A stretch of DNA of 64,000 nucleotides. Source: the human T2T-CHM13v2.0 reference genome, Homo sapiens. A program made the translations under genes and the position numbers. Below, in pieces: positions 1 through 13,851 of the stretch. Location: assembly GCF_009914755.1 (NCBI RefSeq), contig NC_060939.1; one strand, written 5' to 3'. Within the stretch, counting starts at the first letter, position 1. Each line of letters opens with the position of its first letter. Below the pieces are notes generated by a model that was given only the letters and a program-made list of their open reading frames with translations, had not been told where the DNA came from and did not search any database.

Positions 1-150
1 TGCTTGTCTCTTTTTTCATTTTATTTTGTTTCTGCTTCATTTTGTTTATCCTGTGCTTACATTAACACTGTCTTTTTGTAGGTGCCATTGATTTTGTTAC
101 TTATTTTCTATTTAAGTGTGTAGCCTAGTTATTGTTGGGAGTTTGTAGTT

Positions 151-477
<327 letters not shown>

Positions 478-1222
478 TTATTATTGTCCTTGTTGTTAGG
501 AAGGCTAATTTTTATTAGAAGATAGTGACTATTTAGCTAACAATTTTGTTTTGACATACTGCTATAGCTACCTATAAGTTTGGGGTGTGTTTTTACACAT
601 TGTATTATTGCTGTTATGGTTTTTGGTGAATCTCTTAATAGTTTTGATAATTATAATCTGGAATTTTAGAGGAATAATGCAAAATAGAGATCAAAATACC
701 ACTTTTAACATTGAGAAAGCTGATTAGAAAATACAGGTGATTGAAGAATGGCAGGTAGGTATGGTACTTGGGCCATGGCTACCTCAGGTGCAGGCACTGA
801 GGCTTGCTCAGCCCACCTTCACCAAGCTGACCGGGACCCCCATGGCAGAGAGCAGGCACAAGTGCTTGTTCTCTGCAGATAGGCAGATATCAAACAGGAG
901 GAGCTAAGACAAGTGTCGGAAGAAGTGAGAAGCCAACAGTGTTGCTGTAGTGGAAATCTCCTGCACATAGAAACATGAAGAATGGGGAGTAAATGCCCCT
1001 CCCCACACACGCTCAAACCTGTTTAAATGGGAATGCCTATTGCGTAAGAACTCTGATAAAACTGATAGAACTGCAGTTTGTACTAAGATGCTGTGTTTTC
1101 AGATCTCTTAGGAAGAGAGGGTTTGAATTATTGAAAGTTAAAAGATTTTTCTGTAGTTCCATAATTTATATGTTGTATGGGTTTCAGAGATTGGCATTTG
1201 ATGATGGTTTGATTTATTTCAG

Positions 1223-1303
1223 CAACGTGAAATCCTGCATGAGATTCAGAGAAGGAAAGAAGAGATAAAAGAAGAGAAAAAAAGGAAAGAAATGGCTAAG
1301 CAG
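1223..1303 (+). CDS. EIF2AK4: Exon 5 (81 nt), charged linker QREILHEIQRRKEEIKEEKKRKEMAKQ
   Basis: tttcag|CAA ... CAG|gtaccc; phase 0/0. Confidence 0.97.
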
Positions 1304-1563
1304 GTACCCTATCAACTCCACCATAATAATTTACATTTTGCAAAACAAAGTGTTTTTATTTCCACTGATGACATCTGTGTTACTATCAGTAATACAGCTT
1401 AAAATAAAGCACTAAAAATAAATAAATATTCACTGTGTATTTCAGACTCCCTAAATAGGTGGCAAAATTTAGAGTTTTATGTTGTCAGTAGATGATTTAG
1501 ACTTACATAATTACTGTAATTTATCAAATGAGGGAGGGAAGAGATTGCGTCTTTAATAATTAA

Positions 1564-1872
<309 letters not shown>

Positions 1873-2610
1873 TAGAATTCTTAATACTTGGAAAATAAAA
1901 TGATTTGTTGATACTGAAGAGGGAATAGAAACCATATGGATCTGCCTGAAATTTCATCCAGTGATGAAAAAGAGTAATTCAACAGAGCAGATTTAAAAGG
2001 CAGTGGTGAAAAAGGATAGAGTGCTTTTTCCTTTATTTTTCCTGAGTCTAGCTCAAGCAAAAAACCAGTCAGACGTGTTTGGAGAAATTCAGAGAAAATT
2101 TTACTCATTCTCTTTTACATAAATTAGAGCATTAAACTTAAGGGACATGATGTGGTAGCAGGAAGAGGCACTGAAGCACAAGCAAGCTTCTCCTGGTTTA
2201 AAGCTTCAGCTTTCCTGCTGCCTCACTTTGTGACCTTGGCAAGGTGACATTCTCTGTGACTCTCTTTACTTGTCCCTTAAAATGGGACTGATAATGCCTT
2301 TCTTTCTGTCTTGTATAATTACCTCCACAGATAAGTGTACTGCCCTATGTGAAACTAAACCTGCGTAAAAATGTAAGATGAGATCCCTGTTTCCACCAGT
2401 GCTCCTGTCTTGCTCCTGACCTGCCTTCCTGTCAGCCACTCTCTGCCCTCTCTTTGATTCTCCCTTCTTCTGTTCATCTCCTGTTACTCTTCTCCCTAAC
2501 TTTTTACACTATTGCAAGATTCTAAGCATTTTCATTTATAAAATTTACATTTTCTTGAAACCATAACCTGGACTTCAGTTCTTGAGCCAGTACATATTTA
2601 GGCATTAACA

Positions 2611-2793
2611 TTTTTTTAATTTTATTTTTTAATTGACCAATAATAGTTGTATATATTCATGGAGTATATAGTGAAGTTTTGATACATATAATGTATAGTG
2701 ATCGGATCAGGGTAATTAGCACATCCGTCACTGCAAATATTTAGCATTTCTTTGTGTTGGAAACATTCAATATCCTCCTTCTAGCTATTTTAA
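2611..2793 (-). mobile_element. L1MA-type 3' end fragment
   Basis: Typical L1MA 3'UTR reverse complement (TATATTCATGG...ATCAGGGTAATTAGC...TCCTTCTAGCTATTT). Confidence 0.8.
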
Positions 2794-2938
2794 ACGATTA
2801 AAAGTTGAGTTCAATTTTATTTCACTTGTAAACATTCAGCTTAAAATTTGCATTCTATACTGAATTAATAATTATGTACCATGATTTTCTTCCATGTATG
2901 ACTTACATCTAAAGTAAGTTTTACTTTTCTTGTTCTAG

Positions 2939-3087
2939 GAACGTTTGGAAATTGCTAGTTTGTCAAACCAAGATCATACCTCTAAGAAGGACCCAGGAGG
3001 ACACAGAACGGCTGCCATTCTACATGGAGGCTCTCCTGACTTTGTAGGAAATGGTAAACATCGGGCAAACTCCTCAGGAAGGTCTAG
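2939..3087 (+). CDS. EIF2AK4: Exon 6 (149 nt), ERLEIASLSNQD...NSSGRS
   Basis: ttctag|GAA ... AG|gtaagt; phase 0/2. Confidence 0.97.
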
Positions 3088-3266
3088 GTAAGTCCCTGGG
3101 ATTTCTGATCTGGGAGAATGACAGATGTAGAAGGATTTTACTACATTGAAGATGTAGTGAAATTTGATGGAAATTTCAGGCGATAGTCTTAATAACTTTT
3201 TTCAAACCTTATATATCTTAATATATTAGCAATATATTAAGTGTATTTTTAGCAATATGAAACTAA

Positions 3267-3621
<355 letters not shown>

Positions 3622-4606
3622 TCATTCCCCTTTATAACAGCCTATAACACATCACAAACTTGCCTTAGTACGATTTAACATTTATAAACTTAAATTCAGT
3701 AAGTGATTTTAAAATTTTTCTTCCATTTGAATCATCATCATCCAGTGTTTCAGTCTACAATGCCTTAGGTCCCACCACAGTTGTAAGGAGTGCCTGAAAA
3801 TGAGCACAGGTGAGACATCTGTTACATGAGAGCAGGAACCCCAGTTGGCTGCCAGGGGTCCCCTCCCTAATACTGAGGTGGGCTCCTGGGCTGTTCCCTG
3901 TCACCACTGGTCACTTAAAAGATACTACTTGTTCTTCTATATCTTTTTCACTGAAGAATTCCAACTTTGCTCTCTATTTGCTGTGGCCCCCTGTACACCA
4001 GAAAGGAATTTTGGTGAAGAAACCATTTATGAGTGGGGTGGGTTATTAAATAGTGTAGGGACTTCAACCTTCATTGTATGTTTAAATTATCTCTTGTGAG
4101 ACTCTAAGCACAACTTAAAACCACCACTTTGCTTCCATGAAAAGAAACATTTTAGGCACCAAACTGAAGATTTATATAAACTTCTGTATAGTTTGTTTAT
4201 TAGAAGGAGCCATTTTAGTTCTTTCCCTAATTATCTACTACTAAAAAAACAGTTCAGAAATCATTTTGACACTAATGTTTACCTACTATTAGGTTTAACT
4301 AAATTTTTAAAAAAATACTGTTTCTGGTAACCATTCCTCTTTAAGATTATAACTCCTTCCCAATTTAAATTATTTTTGAATCTGGGCTTCTAATAAGCAA
4401 CAGAGTTTGAAGTTGTCAGAGAATTTCACTAGGAAATATCTAACAAATTTTTGTTGTATTAGAACCTTTGAATTAAATCAATGATATAAATAAGTCTTTT
4501 CAGATATATGGAAGATGATTGTTTTAAGTTTAAACATTTCTATTTTTGTGGCTAACTATAAACAGTGAATCCAAGGTTAGGCTTGTTTTTGAGATCAGAG
4601 ATAGCA

Positions 4607-5050
4607 CGCTGGGCACGGTGGCTCATGTGTGTGACCCCAACACTTTGGGATGCCAAGGCTGAAGGATCACTTGAGCCCAGGAGTTCAAGACCAGCCTGGG
4701 CAACAAACTCCTTCCCATCTCAGAGCCTCTGCCGACCCCTCTGCCTGGACTACTCAACCTCTGGCATTTTGCTTGCTGAGCTCCTCCTTCTCATTCAGTT
4801 CTCCCCTCAAATGCAACCTTCTCAGGGACGCCTTCCTGAGCCCCCCTCTACCCTATTTCCCTGCTTTGTCCCTTGCTCTCCAATTCTCTGCTTTATTTTT
4901 TACATAACACTTAGCACTAGCTGAAATTGTTATTCACTTGTTTACTTTGGAATGTGAGGTCTGTGAGAGCAAAGCCCTCATCTGTGTTTTCCTCAAAGCC
5001 TGAAATCGTGCCTGGAAGACACATGGTAGGTGCCTGGTCAACATCTGATG
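4607..5050 (+). mobile_element. Truncated Alu left monomer (about 4607-4705) abutting an L2 3' fragment
   Basis: GGGCACGGTGGCTCA...CAGCCTGGGCAACA followed by L2-like TCAAATG..CCTTCTCAGGGA..CCTTCC..AGCAC..GTGCCTGG..ACATGGTAGGTGC; boundaries approximate. Confidence 0.7.
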
Positions 5051-7199
5051 CAGGGAGGGAGCCAGGGAGGGAAGATGACACAGGGAAAGTGGGACACTGT
5101 GTTTCTGGTGTTTGTAGGGTCTACAGCCTCTTTAACCAGGGCAGTTTTGCTTCTCTTGATCTGTGGGGTATGTAAAAAACCAGTGAGGTTTTATTTAACA
5201 AAAGATGTTCACGCTGAAAAGAAGAGAAAGAGAGAAAAGAGAACCACTCACTATTCTAGTGGAAAGAACGTAAAGGCCTGATACTCAAAGGCTTTTCACT
5301 GATGAGTCTTGGCTTTTGTTGAAGAACTTTATTTTCTGTGCTTCAAGTCTTCTTTTCCCACCTTGAAGGATTCACTTTTTAGAATATTAAGGTAAAAATC
5401 AAAAAACATAAAATTAGCTATTTTAATGTGTACAGTTCAGCGTGAGGCTGTATTTGTGAAGTGCAGACATAGTCCCCCCAACCCACTGCCTTGTTTCTGG
5501 GATGTTGCTCCTCATAAGTGGGCAATATGAATTTTGTAGAAGAAGCAAAACTAAAAAACCAAAAAACCTCTATAAAATAGCTCATGGTAGAAAATTACCT
5601 TCACATATTCAGACTTGCTGTCCTTGCAGATTACCGTAGTGTAGCCCAGAATCTAGAATATATCACCTATTTATATCTACCATCAACAAGATTAGGTTAT
5701 CTAGTTTGTTTTCCCTATTCTAAAGCCAGGTATGGTAACTGCTGGCTCCTCACCCTTACAGAGAAGAGATCATTAAGGGTATAAGACATGGGAATCTCTC
5801 TGCTCTCCTCAAAAAACTTGGGGAACCATTAAAGTATAAAGGTGTAGGGGAGAGAGGATCCTTGATACGTCTCTCCAGACATGGTCCTCTGTTGTTCAGT
5901 TTCTGTGGTTGGTTCCATGGAGGCATAGACTGGTTTACCTCAAATTAAACAATATCAGGAATTCTTACTAATGTTGTCTCTACAAAGTGGCTCTGTGTTT
6001 CAAATTAAGGGACCTAGAACTAGCATTTTCTGTGGCATCTTGGTGAGTTAGACAGGAAGGTGAGACTATCCCTGCCCCTGTGTCTCAGATAAGATCCTCT
6101 TTCTCCCTCCTGCCCCAACATCTACACATTGATCATAATGGTAGAGCAATCTTTTGGATGGTAGCCCAATTCTCTAGTCCCCACTTGAAAAATTGTCATC
6201 TCTCTTCTTGCCACTTGGCTTTTTAAAAAAAAAAAGATTATCCTTTTTTCTTTTTTCAGGTATCAAGCTCCTAGCTGCCTAATTTAGTCATCTAAAATTG
6301 TATTATGTTTCTCCGTTCTTTTTAAAGACCTAGATTAATACTATTTGGTAATTTTATTTGAAACACCCTTCATATAGGTTGGGAACTGCCACAGTTACTT
6401 GGCAAAACTGATAACATGGGTGATATTTTTAATATTATGATAATATTGCAAACCTCATGAACATCCATACTCTAGAATAGATCATGATGATGAGACCAGA
6501 GTCATAGCTTCTGAACACCATTTGTTTGCACTGTTTCTGCTGGAGTACAGAAGTCGTTTTACTTATGAATGGATTCAAATCCAAAAGGTTGTTCCAAGCC
6601 CAGTTCTTGATGGGTCCCAGGTAGACAGTATAAGCATCCAATATATATGAATCTTTTTGGCGAAAACAATAGATATGGATGACATTGCATTTGTCTCTTT
6701 ATTCCTTCTTTTCAAACTCTGTGATTTACTTTTTATCCTTCAGAATTGTTTCTGCTACAACCTGTGCCATGCAGCATGTACCACATTTGTCGTTTTCTTA
6801 CTTTCACTTTTATCTCTACTTTTCTTTCAATCCTAGTTATTCCTTAATCTTACAGCCGTCAACACTCATTGTGTTTGTACTTATCAGTCATAATAGGGTG
6901 ATTCACATTCTAAAACTCCTTAAAACCAAGCATTTACACATTGTAAACTTAAGAACAGAAAGATGGCCTAGACTAAAATGACCATTAGCACCATCTGCTG
7001 AGGAGGCCAGAGCTGATGTAGAGATGCTTCTGCATAGTTTATGTTACTAAGTCTAGCATGTAATTTTAAATCTTTGCTTTTATCCTTTTCTCCATAAATC
7101 TCAGTGTGTCCCTAGTTGCACACATAACTTTAGAAGTAGAAATTTGAACAGAACTACAATGTATTTGTTGTTTTCTGATGTTTAGAATATGTGGACATG

Positions 7200-7500
7200 G
7201 GCCAGGTGTGGTGGCTCATGCCTGTAATCCCAGCACTTTGGGAGGCCAAGGCGGGCAGATCACGAGGTCAGGAGATCGAGACCAGCCTGGCTAACACGGT
7301 GAAACCCTGTCTCTACTAAAAATACAAAAAAATTAGCTAGGCATGGTGGCGGGGGCCTATAGTCCCAGCTACTCAGGAGGCTGAGGCAGGAGAATGGTGT
7401 GAACCCGGGAGGCGGAGCTTGCAGTGAGCCAAGATCGCGCCACTGCCCTCCAGCCTGGGCGACAGAGCGAGACTCCATCTCAAAAAAAAAAAAAAAAAAA
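7200..7500 (+). mobile_element. AluY-like, full length
   Basis: GATCACGAGGTCAGGAGATCGAGACC...GCGGAGCTTGCAG; ~A20 tail; TSD AGAATATGTGGACAT at 7184-7198 and 7501-7515. Confidence 0.97.
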
Positions 7501-8671
7501 AGAATATGTGGACATATGTGTGGTGTAAGATATGAGTATCATAATACATAATCTTGTCACCAGTGTAGGAGGGGTTTGAGGAAAGAGAGGATGTGTAGGA
7601 TTGGAAGCAGAAAGACCAGATAATAACAGAGTATTGCATATGTCCAGGAGAAAGTTGGAGATGAACTAAACAGGGCAGGGGAGATAGAGAGGAGAAGGTG
7701 GTACTTGAAGACCAATTAGATGCAGATGTAGGAGCCCAAGGAGACTCACAGGTTTCTCACCTGTGAGACAGAATGGATGACTATGCCTCTAACCAAAATT
7801 AAAGAGTCAAGGGGAAAAATCAGGTTTAGAGCGAGTGGAGGGAGTGGCAGTTTTATTGACGTTGCAATGGTGTGAGGGATAAATAGTGCAGAAGTGGAGA
7901 CAGGAAGTGCAGTAATGTGACTATGAGGAACAGGATGGGGCGGGTGGTGCAGGGTTGAGGGAGGGGAATGTATGGATCAGAGAGATTTATAGGCTGGTGG
8001 GAGGGAACCCAGAGAGAGGGGCTGACTGAACATCTGGGAGAAAGGGACTAACTAATAGACTAAGATCCCAGAGGAGACCTTTGTAGGGGATGGGACTGAG
8101 GACAGGGGTAGCCATCCTTCCTCAAAGTCACCCACAAAGAAAGAATAGTGCCAATGCCAAGTAACTTTATAGGAGGAACAATAGAAATTGTGGACTGTAT
8201 TCCTCTTGCCTCGTGTTCTCAGTGAAAGTAAAAGTCAAAATCATGCTGAGAATGAGAGGGTGATCTCTCTAGAGATCTGTCCATGCACGTCATCGAAGTG
8301 TTTCTGATAAGTGTTCAATCCTGACCATCAAGAGCTCTCTCCCTTGCCTCTTCCCTGCAACCCTCTCCCCTAATTTATTGTTTTTGCATTATGATCTAGT
8401 TTCTTAGCTCTTGCTCCCACCAGAAAAAAAGTAGAAAAAAAGAAAGAGAGGAGAGGCTGGGTTTTAAGTGTTTTGGAGAAGTCATGGAAGGGAATGATGG
8501 GAATATCTACCAAAGACAAGCAAGAGAAGGAATGTGCACTCAATGGCTGGAGGCCCAGTTGGAAACCAGGAATTTGTGGCAGCTCCAACCCCCTCTGTTT
8601 TGCAGCTTTCTCCAGATGTGCATGTGCGTGGGAATGAAGCAATATGGGATACCTGTGGAATTGATCTAAAT

Positions 8672-8838
8672 CACTGCTGACCAGTAGAACTTTTTATGAT
8701 AATGGAAATGATCTGTATCTGTGCTGTCCAATATAGTAGCCACTAGCCATGTATGGCTATTGAGTACTTAAATGTGGCTACTGCACATGAACTGAATTTT
8801 CAGTTTTATTTTAATAGCCACAGCATTGGGCAGCACAG
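8672..8838. mobile_element. MER3 (hAT-Charlie)
   Basis: TAGAACTTT..ATGATAATGGAAATG..GCTGTCCAATA..GTAGCCACTAGCCA..GGCTATTGAG matches the MER3 consensus. Confidence 0.85.
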
Positions 8839-9101
8839 AGCTCGAGTTAGGGGTTTGTGTTTTTCATGTGGAGAAGATGACAATGGGAAGTGGGGGAAGT
8901 GAATGGCTTTCCCATTAGCACCGCCTACTCAATTCCCAGTAGAAACAGATGTTAGACTGCGAGTGGGCTAATAAACAGTAATAAACGGGAGAAAATGGAG
9001 GGGCATTCTTGCCTATGTTAATCTATAACATTCCTATGTTAATCTTAAAGAAAAAAATGAAAAATGATTGTTCAAATGTATTGTTCAAATTTATTTTTAA
9101 G

Positions 9102-9217
9102 GCGAGAACGTCAGTATTCTGTATGTAATAGTGAAGATTCTCCTGGCTCTTGTGAAATTCTGTATTTCAATATGGGGAGTCCTGATCAGCTCATGGTGCA
9201 CAAAGGGAAATGTATTG
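9102..9217 (+). CDS. EIF2AK4: Exon 7 (116 nt), RERQYSVCNSED...MVHKGKCI
   Basis: tttaag|G ... G|gtgagt; phase 2/1. Confidence 0.97.
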
Positions 9218-9430
9218 GTGAGTAAACTAGCAAAATCTATTCATATTATTGTAATGGCAAAAGTTAATCACGAAGGAATGGGATGGATTAGACACTGTGT
9301 CATTCAGACCAGTGCAGTCCAAGGAAGACCATCAAGCTGGTAGTCATTCTGGCTCCCATCCTTAATGACTGGAATGAGAAATCACTCAGGTTTCCTCTAA
9401 TGTAAGATGGAAATAAAAACCTGTGTTTTT

Positions 9431-9600
9431 GTCTGGGCACCGTGGCTACGCCTATAATCCCAATACTTTGGGGGGCCGAGGTGGAAGGATTGCTTGAGTC
9501 CAGGAGTTCAAAGCTGCAGTGAGCTGTGATCATGCCACTGCACTCCAGTGTGAGTGACAGAATGAGACCCTGTCTCAATAAAATAAAATAAAATTTAAAA
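9431..9600 (+). mobile_element. Alu monomer (FRAM/FAM-like)
   Basis: Single monomer with (AAAAT)n tail; flanking TAAAAACCTGTG repeats. Confidence 0.85.
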
Positions 9601-9780
9601 ACCTGTGCTCTTGGAATATTATTAACATAACGATCATTTTAAATCTGTCATCATTATAATTATCCAAGCTTATTGAAACAAAAAAATGATTAAAATATTA
9701 TCAGTCAGTAGAATTTTACATCATATACATCTAATGCTGATCAAATGTATGTAACAAAGTGAATTCTAATGCCTATGATC

Positions 9781-9920
9781 TTTTTTGTTGTTGAGACAGG
9801 GTGTTGCTCCATCACTAGGCTGGAGTGGTACAGTGGCACAATCATAGCTCACTGTAACCTCAAACTCCTGGGCTCACTCAATATTCTCCCCTCAGCCTCC
9901 TGAATAGCTAGGACTACAGT
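9781..9920 (-). mobile_element. Alu right-arm fragment (J-type)
   Basis: GAGACAGGG...GGACTACAG. Confidence 0.8.
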
Positions 9921-11699
9921 AATGTCTGTGGTCTTTATTGACCAGATCTCATTTTCTTAAGTGGATATCCATCCATTTGGCATTTTCCTGCTTGACATAT
10001 TATACCTGACCAAGAAGACCACCTTATTTTCTATATGCCTTATTTAGAAGTTTTGTCTACTCATGGCTGTTTGGCGTGAAGCTGGTTCAGCAAATCAGAA
10101 TTTGAATTGCTCATACTAAAGTCAAGTTTTTGGTATTTCTTCCTTTACCCTAAATGTATGTCATCTTTACCCAGCCTTACAGATAAAACCAGTAATTGGT
10201 ATAGAAACCATTTGTACATAGTGAATTTGGCAATTAACTTTCATTTTCAATCCCATGCATATTTTTGCCAGAGGTAACAGGTAGCCAAATTATGTGAAAT
10301 GAGTTTGCTTTCTTTTGGGATCTTTTCCCCTTCCTCTTTAAGGAGATACAAATAAGCAAAAGAGTTGCCAGGAAGCAGGCAGCAGGTGGAGGGAGAAGAA
10401 ACCAAACTTCTCAATAATCTATGAGCTAAATACTTAACCTTGGCAGACACACAGCAGCCTGGACAGTAAAGGATCCTGCACATAGACAGAGCTGCCATAT
10501 TTAGACAAAGGAATCACTGGGCAGGTTCAAGACATTGGTAGTGGTGGTTGGCTTTAGACCTGAGACTGTCCTTGACTCAGACATTTCAGATTCATGAAGT
10601 GACAACATAAAACTACTTCTAATAACCTGGGGAAATCAAGAAGGCAAATTAATTCAATTCTTATTACCTTAACTTAGTCTCTTATTCTCACTGGTACTCA
10701 TTAGACAGATTCACCATAGTTAATACCCTTATTAGGAGGCACATTTTCAGTTGGAGAATTTTTAATAAAATTACCAAGTAAATTATTCATTTTGTTTTCT
10801 CACAGTGGGTCTGATTTTTTAAAATATGCCCTAATTGTCTATGAAATGTTTTTATAAAAGATTAACTACTAATTTTTTTATTTTCGATGAAGTATTTTTA
10901 TAAAAAACAATATTTGTTTTTCATTTTAAAGTTGTTAGAACTAGACAGAGGAGAGAACTTACTTATAGATATGACTATAGCACTATAGAGACTGTCTGCA
11001 TAAATGATCATTGTGGGCATATAGGGTTTCAGTTAGAGTTCTTTTGATAATGTATTTTCTCTTAGCCTCGTCTCAGTATACTCTTTTGTCCCTTTTATTA
11101 TTCCCATCATGAAAAACTGACAAGAAGAGTCTGGCAATACTAAAATTATAATTTTTTAAACCCCAGCAACTATGAAATGCCTGCCTAGTCCCAATTAGGG
11201 AAACAAATATTGCAAAACACTGTACTGCATAACACACAAATTTAATTAGGCTTTATGTAAATAACGTCTTACTCCATCCCATAAACATTTAATGCCATGT
11301 GTTTCTAGTAGACTGCTTAGATCCCACATTTCTCAGGTTGCTTCGTTTGGTTGACAAATTTTTAAACAGCAGGATTTTTTCCCCTTAGGCAAAGACTGTC
11401 AGGAGTTATTTATGACTAACAGATCATTTTAATTAAAATCCCTAAATTATCAGCATTCCCATGAAATAAAAACTGCTTGTCAGATAAAAAGTCAAAGTGA
11501 GCTAGTTCAGCCATATTTTTCCAAAGTATTTTTGCTGAGACATCTTTATCATGTATATGCAGGTTACTTCACCTTTGATTATTCATATAGAAAAGATAAT
11601 TAGCAATGTCTCTTTAAAAATTTGTTTTCATTATGAAGATAGTATAGCATCATGGAAAACTATTATTTATATAAGAGAAAAAGGCAGATTACTATATAT

Positions 11700-11901
11700 C
11701 GGGGTTATCAGCTGGGGGCCATTTTGTAGCCTGCAGGACATTTGATGATGTCTGCACACATTTTTGATGGCTAACATTGGGGTCGGGGTGCTATTGGCAT
11801 CTAGTGGGTAGATACCAGGATTGCTGCTAAAATCCTACAGTGCACAAAACAGCTGCCTACAACAAAGATTACCTGGTCCAAAATGTCATAGTGTCAAGGT
11901 G
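11700..11901. mobile_element. MER20 (hAT-Charlie)
   Basis: GGCATCTAGTGGGTAGA..CCAGGA..TGCTGCTAAA..TCCTACAGTGCACA..CCAAAATGTCA. Confidence 0.85.
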
Positions 11902-12445
11902 CTATATATATGCTATGATATGGTAAATTATGGGGTAAAGGAGAATAGAGGGAACTAAAAGAAAAATAAAACAAGTGGTGATTTTTTTCTCCTTTTCCAA
12001 TTTTTTAGAATTTTCTATTATGGTTTTAATGAAAATAGAGATTTTTATAAGAAAATTTTTGGTGTTACAGAAATTTAGCTCTCCCTGTGTAGGTGAGAAC
12101 CATATGACTATCACTAAATAAATGTGTCTCATTTTCTAGCTTCAAATCTAAACTGTCATCTCTTGTTCTTTCCTTCCAAAGCATTGACCAGTTTGTATTT
12201 ACTGAGCATATTCAAATTTCGCACTTAGAAAGTCATTGATGTATTCAGATTTTCAAATTACTGTTTTACTGTGCACACTAATCTATAATGATCTCTATGG
12301 CTTGTTCTCTGTTTTCATATTCTTTCTGTCATTTTAGTTGGTATTTAGCTGTATGAGCGTACACCAGTAGACACAGTCAGCAAAGGTAGACTCGTTATGA
12401 AAATAACATTGTGCATAATGGCTAGTAGCATAAAACACTGGCCTC

Positions 12446-12741
12446 TTTTGTTTTTTGAGACAGAGTCTTGCTCTTGTCGCCCAGGCTGGAGTGCAATGGT
12501 GCGTTGTAGGCTCACTGCAACCTCCGCCTCCCAGGTTCAAGCGATTCTCCTGCCTCAGCCTCCCAAGTAGCTGAGACTCCAAGTGCCCGCCACCAAACCT
12601 GGCTAATTTTTTTGTATTTTTAGTAGCGACGGGGTTTCACCATGTTGTCCAGGCTGGTCTCGAACTCCTGACCTCAGGTGATCCATCTGCCTTGGCCTTC
12701 CAAAATGCTGGGATTACAGACGTGAGCCACCGCGCCTGGCC
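12446..12741 (-). mobile_element. Alu (S-type)
   Basis: Full Alu reverse complement. Confidence 0.95.
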
Positions 12742-13003
12742 AAACATTGGTCTCTTTATTTGCCTGATACTAAGATCTCATTGTAGATTCTTGCCCCTTA
12801 TAAAAAATTATTTTAGGACTCAGGTATATTGCTAAATATCAAAAATTGTTTACAAAAGGACATTATTACATAAAGTCCTATTTTCCATAGTTAGCGCATG
12901 GTATCCATTGTTGAACTAAAGAATGTGTATTACCCCCTCCCTTCCTTCCCCCAAGAGAAAACATACCAGTGGGATTTAATTACACTTTCTGTTTAATGTG
13001 CAG

Positions 13004-13161
13004 GCAGTGATGAACAACTTGGAAAATTAGTCTACAATGCTTTGGAAACAGCCACTGGTGGCTTTGTCTTGTTGTATGAGTGGGTCCTTCAGTGGCAGAA
13101 AAAAATGGGTCCATTCCTTACCAGTCAAGAAAAAGAGAAGATTGATAAGTGCAAAAAGCAG
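13004..13161 (+). CDS. EIF2AK4: Exon 8 (158 nt), pseudokinase N-lobe SDEQLGKLVYNAL...DKCKKQ
   Basis: gtgcag|GC ... CAG|gtaagc; phase 1/0. Confidence 0.97.
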
Positions 13162-13504
13162 GTAAGCATCCAAGGTGGCTGACTGAGCAAAAGGCCTAAT
13201 CTCAGGCTTTAGGAGATGACAGAACAAAATAGCCCTGCATTTGTTTGCCCTGCAGAGATGGTCCAGAGCAGTATGAGAACTGTTTGACCAGGGAGGACAG
13301 TGAAGGACCAGTACCTCTTTGCCCCTTGCCTCTGGTTTCAGAACTTTCACAACATGATCAAAGCACTTCCAGCTGCCTTCTTAACCTCCTTTCTTAGCCC
13401 TTAGTATGGCATTAACAGTCATCTTTCCAACTGGGACTAAATACTAGTTCATAATTGGGTTTTTTTGCAATTCTTCTTTTCCCTACTCTTGAAATATTGC
13501 TTCA

Positions 13505-13851
<347 letters not shown>

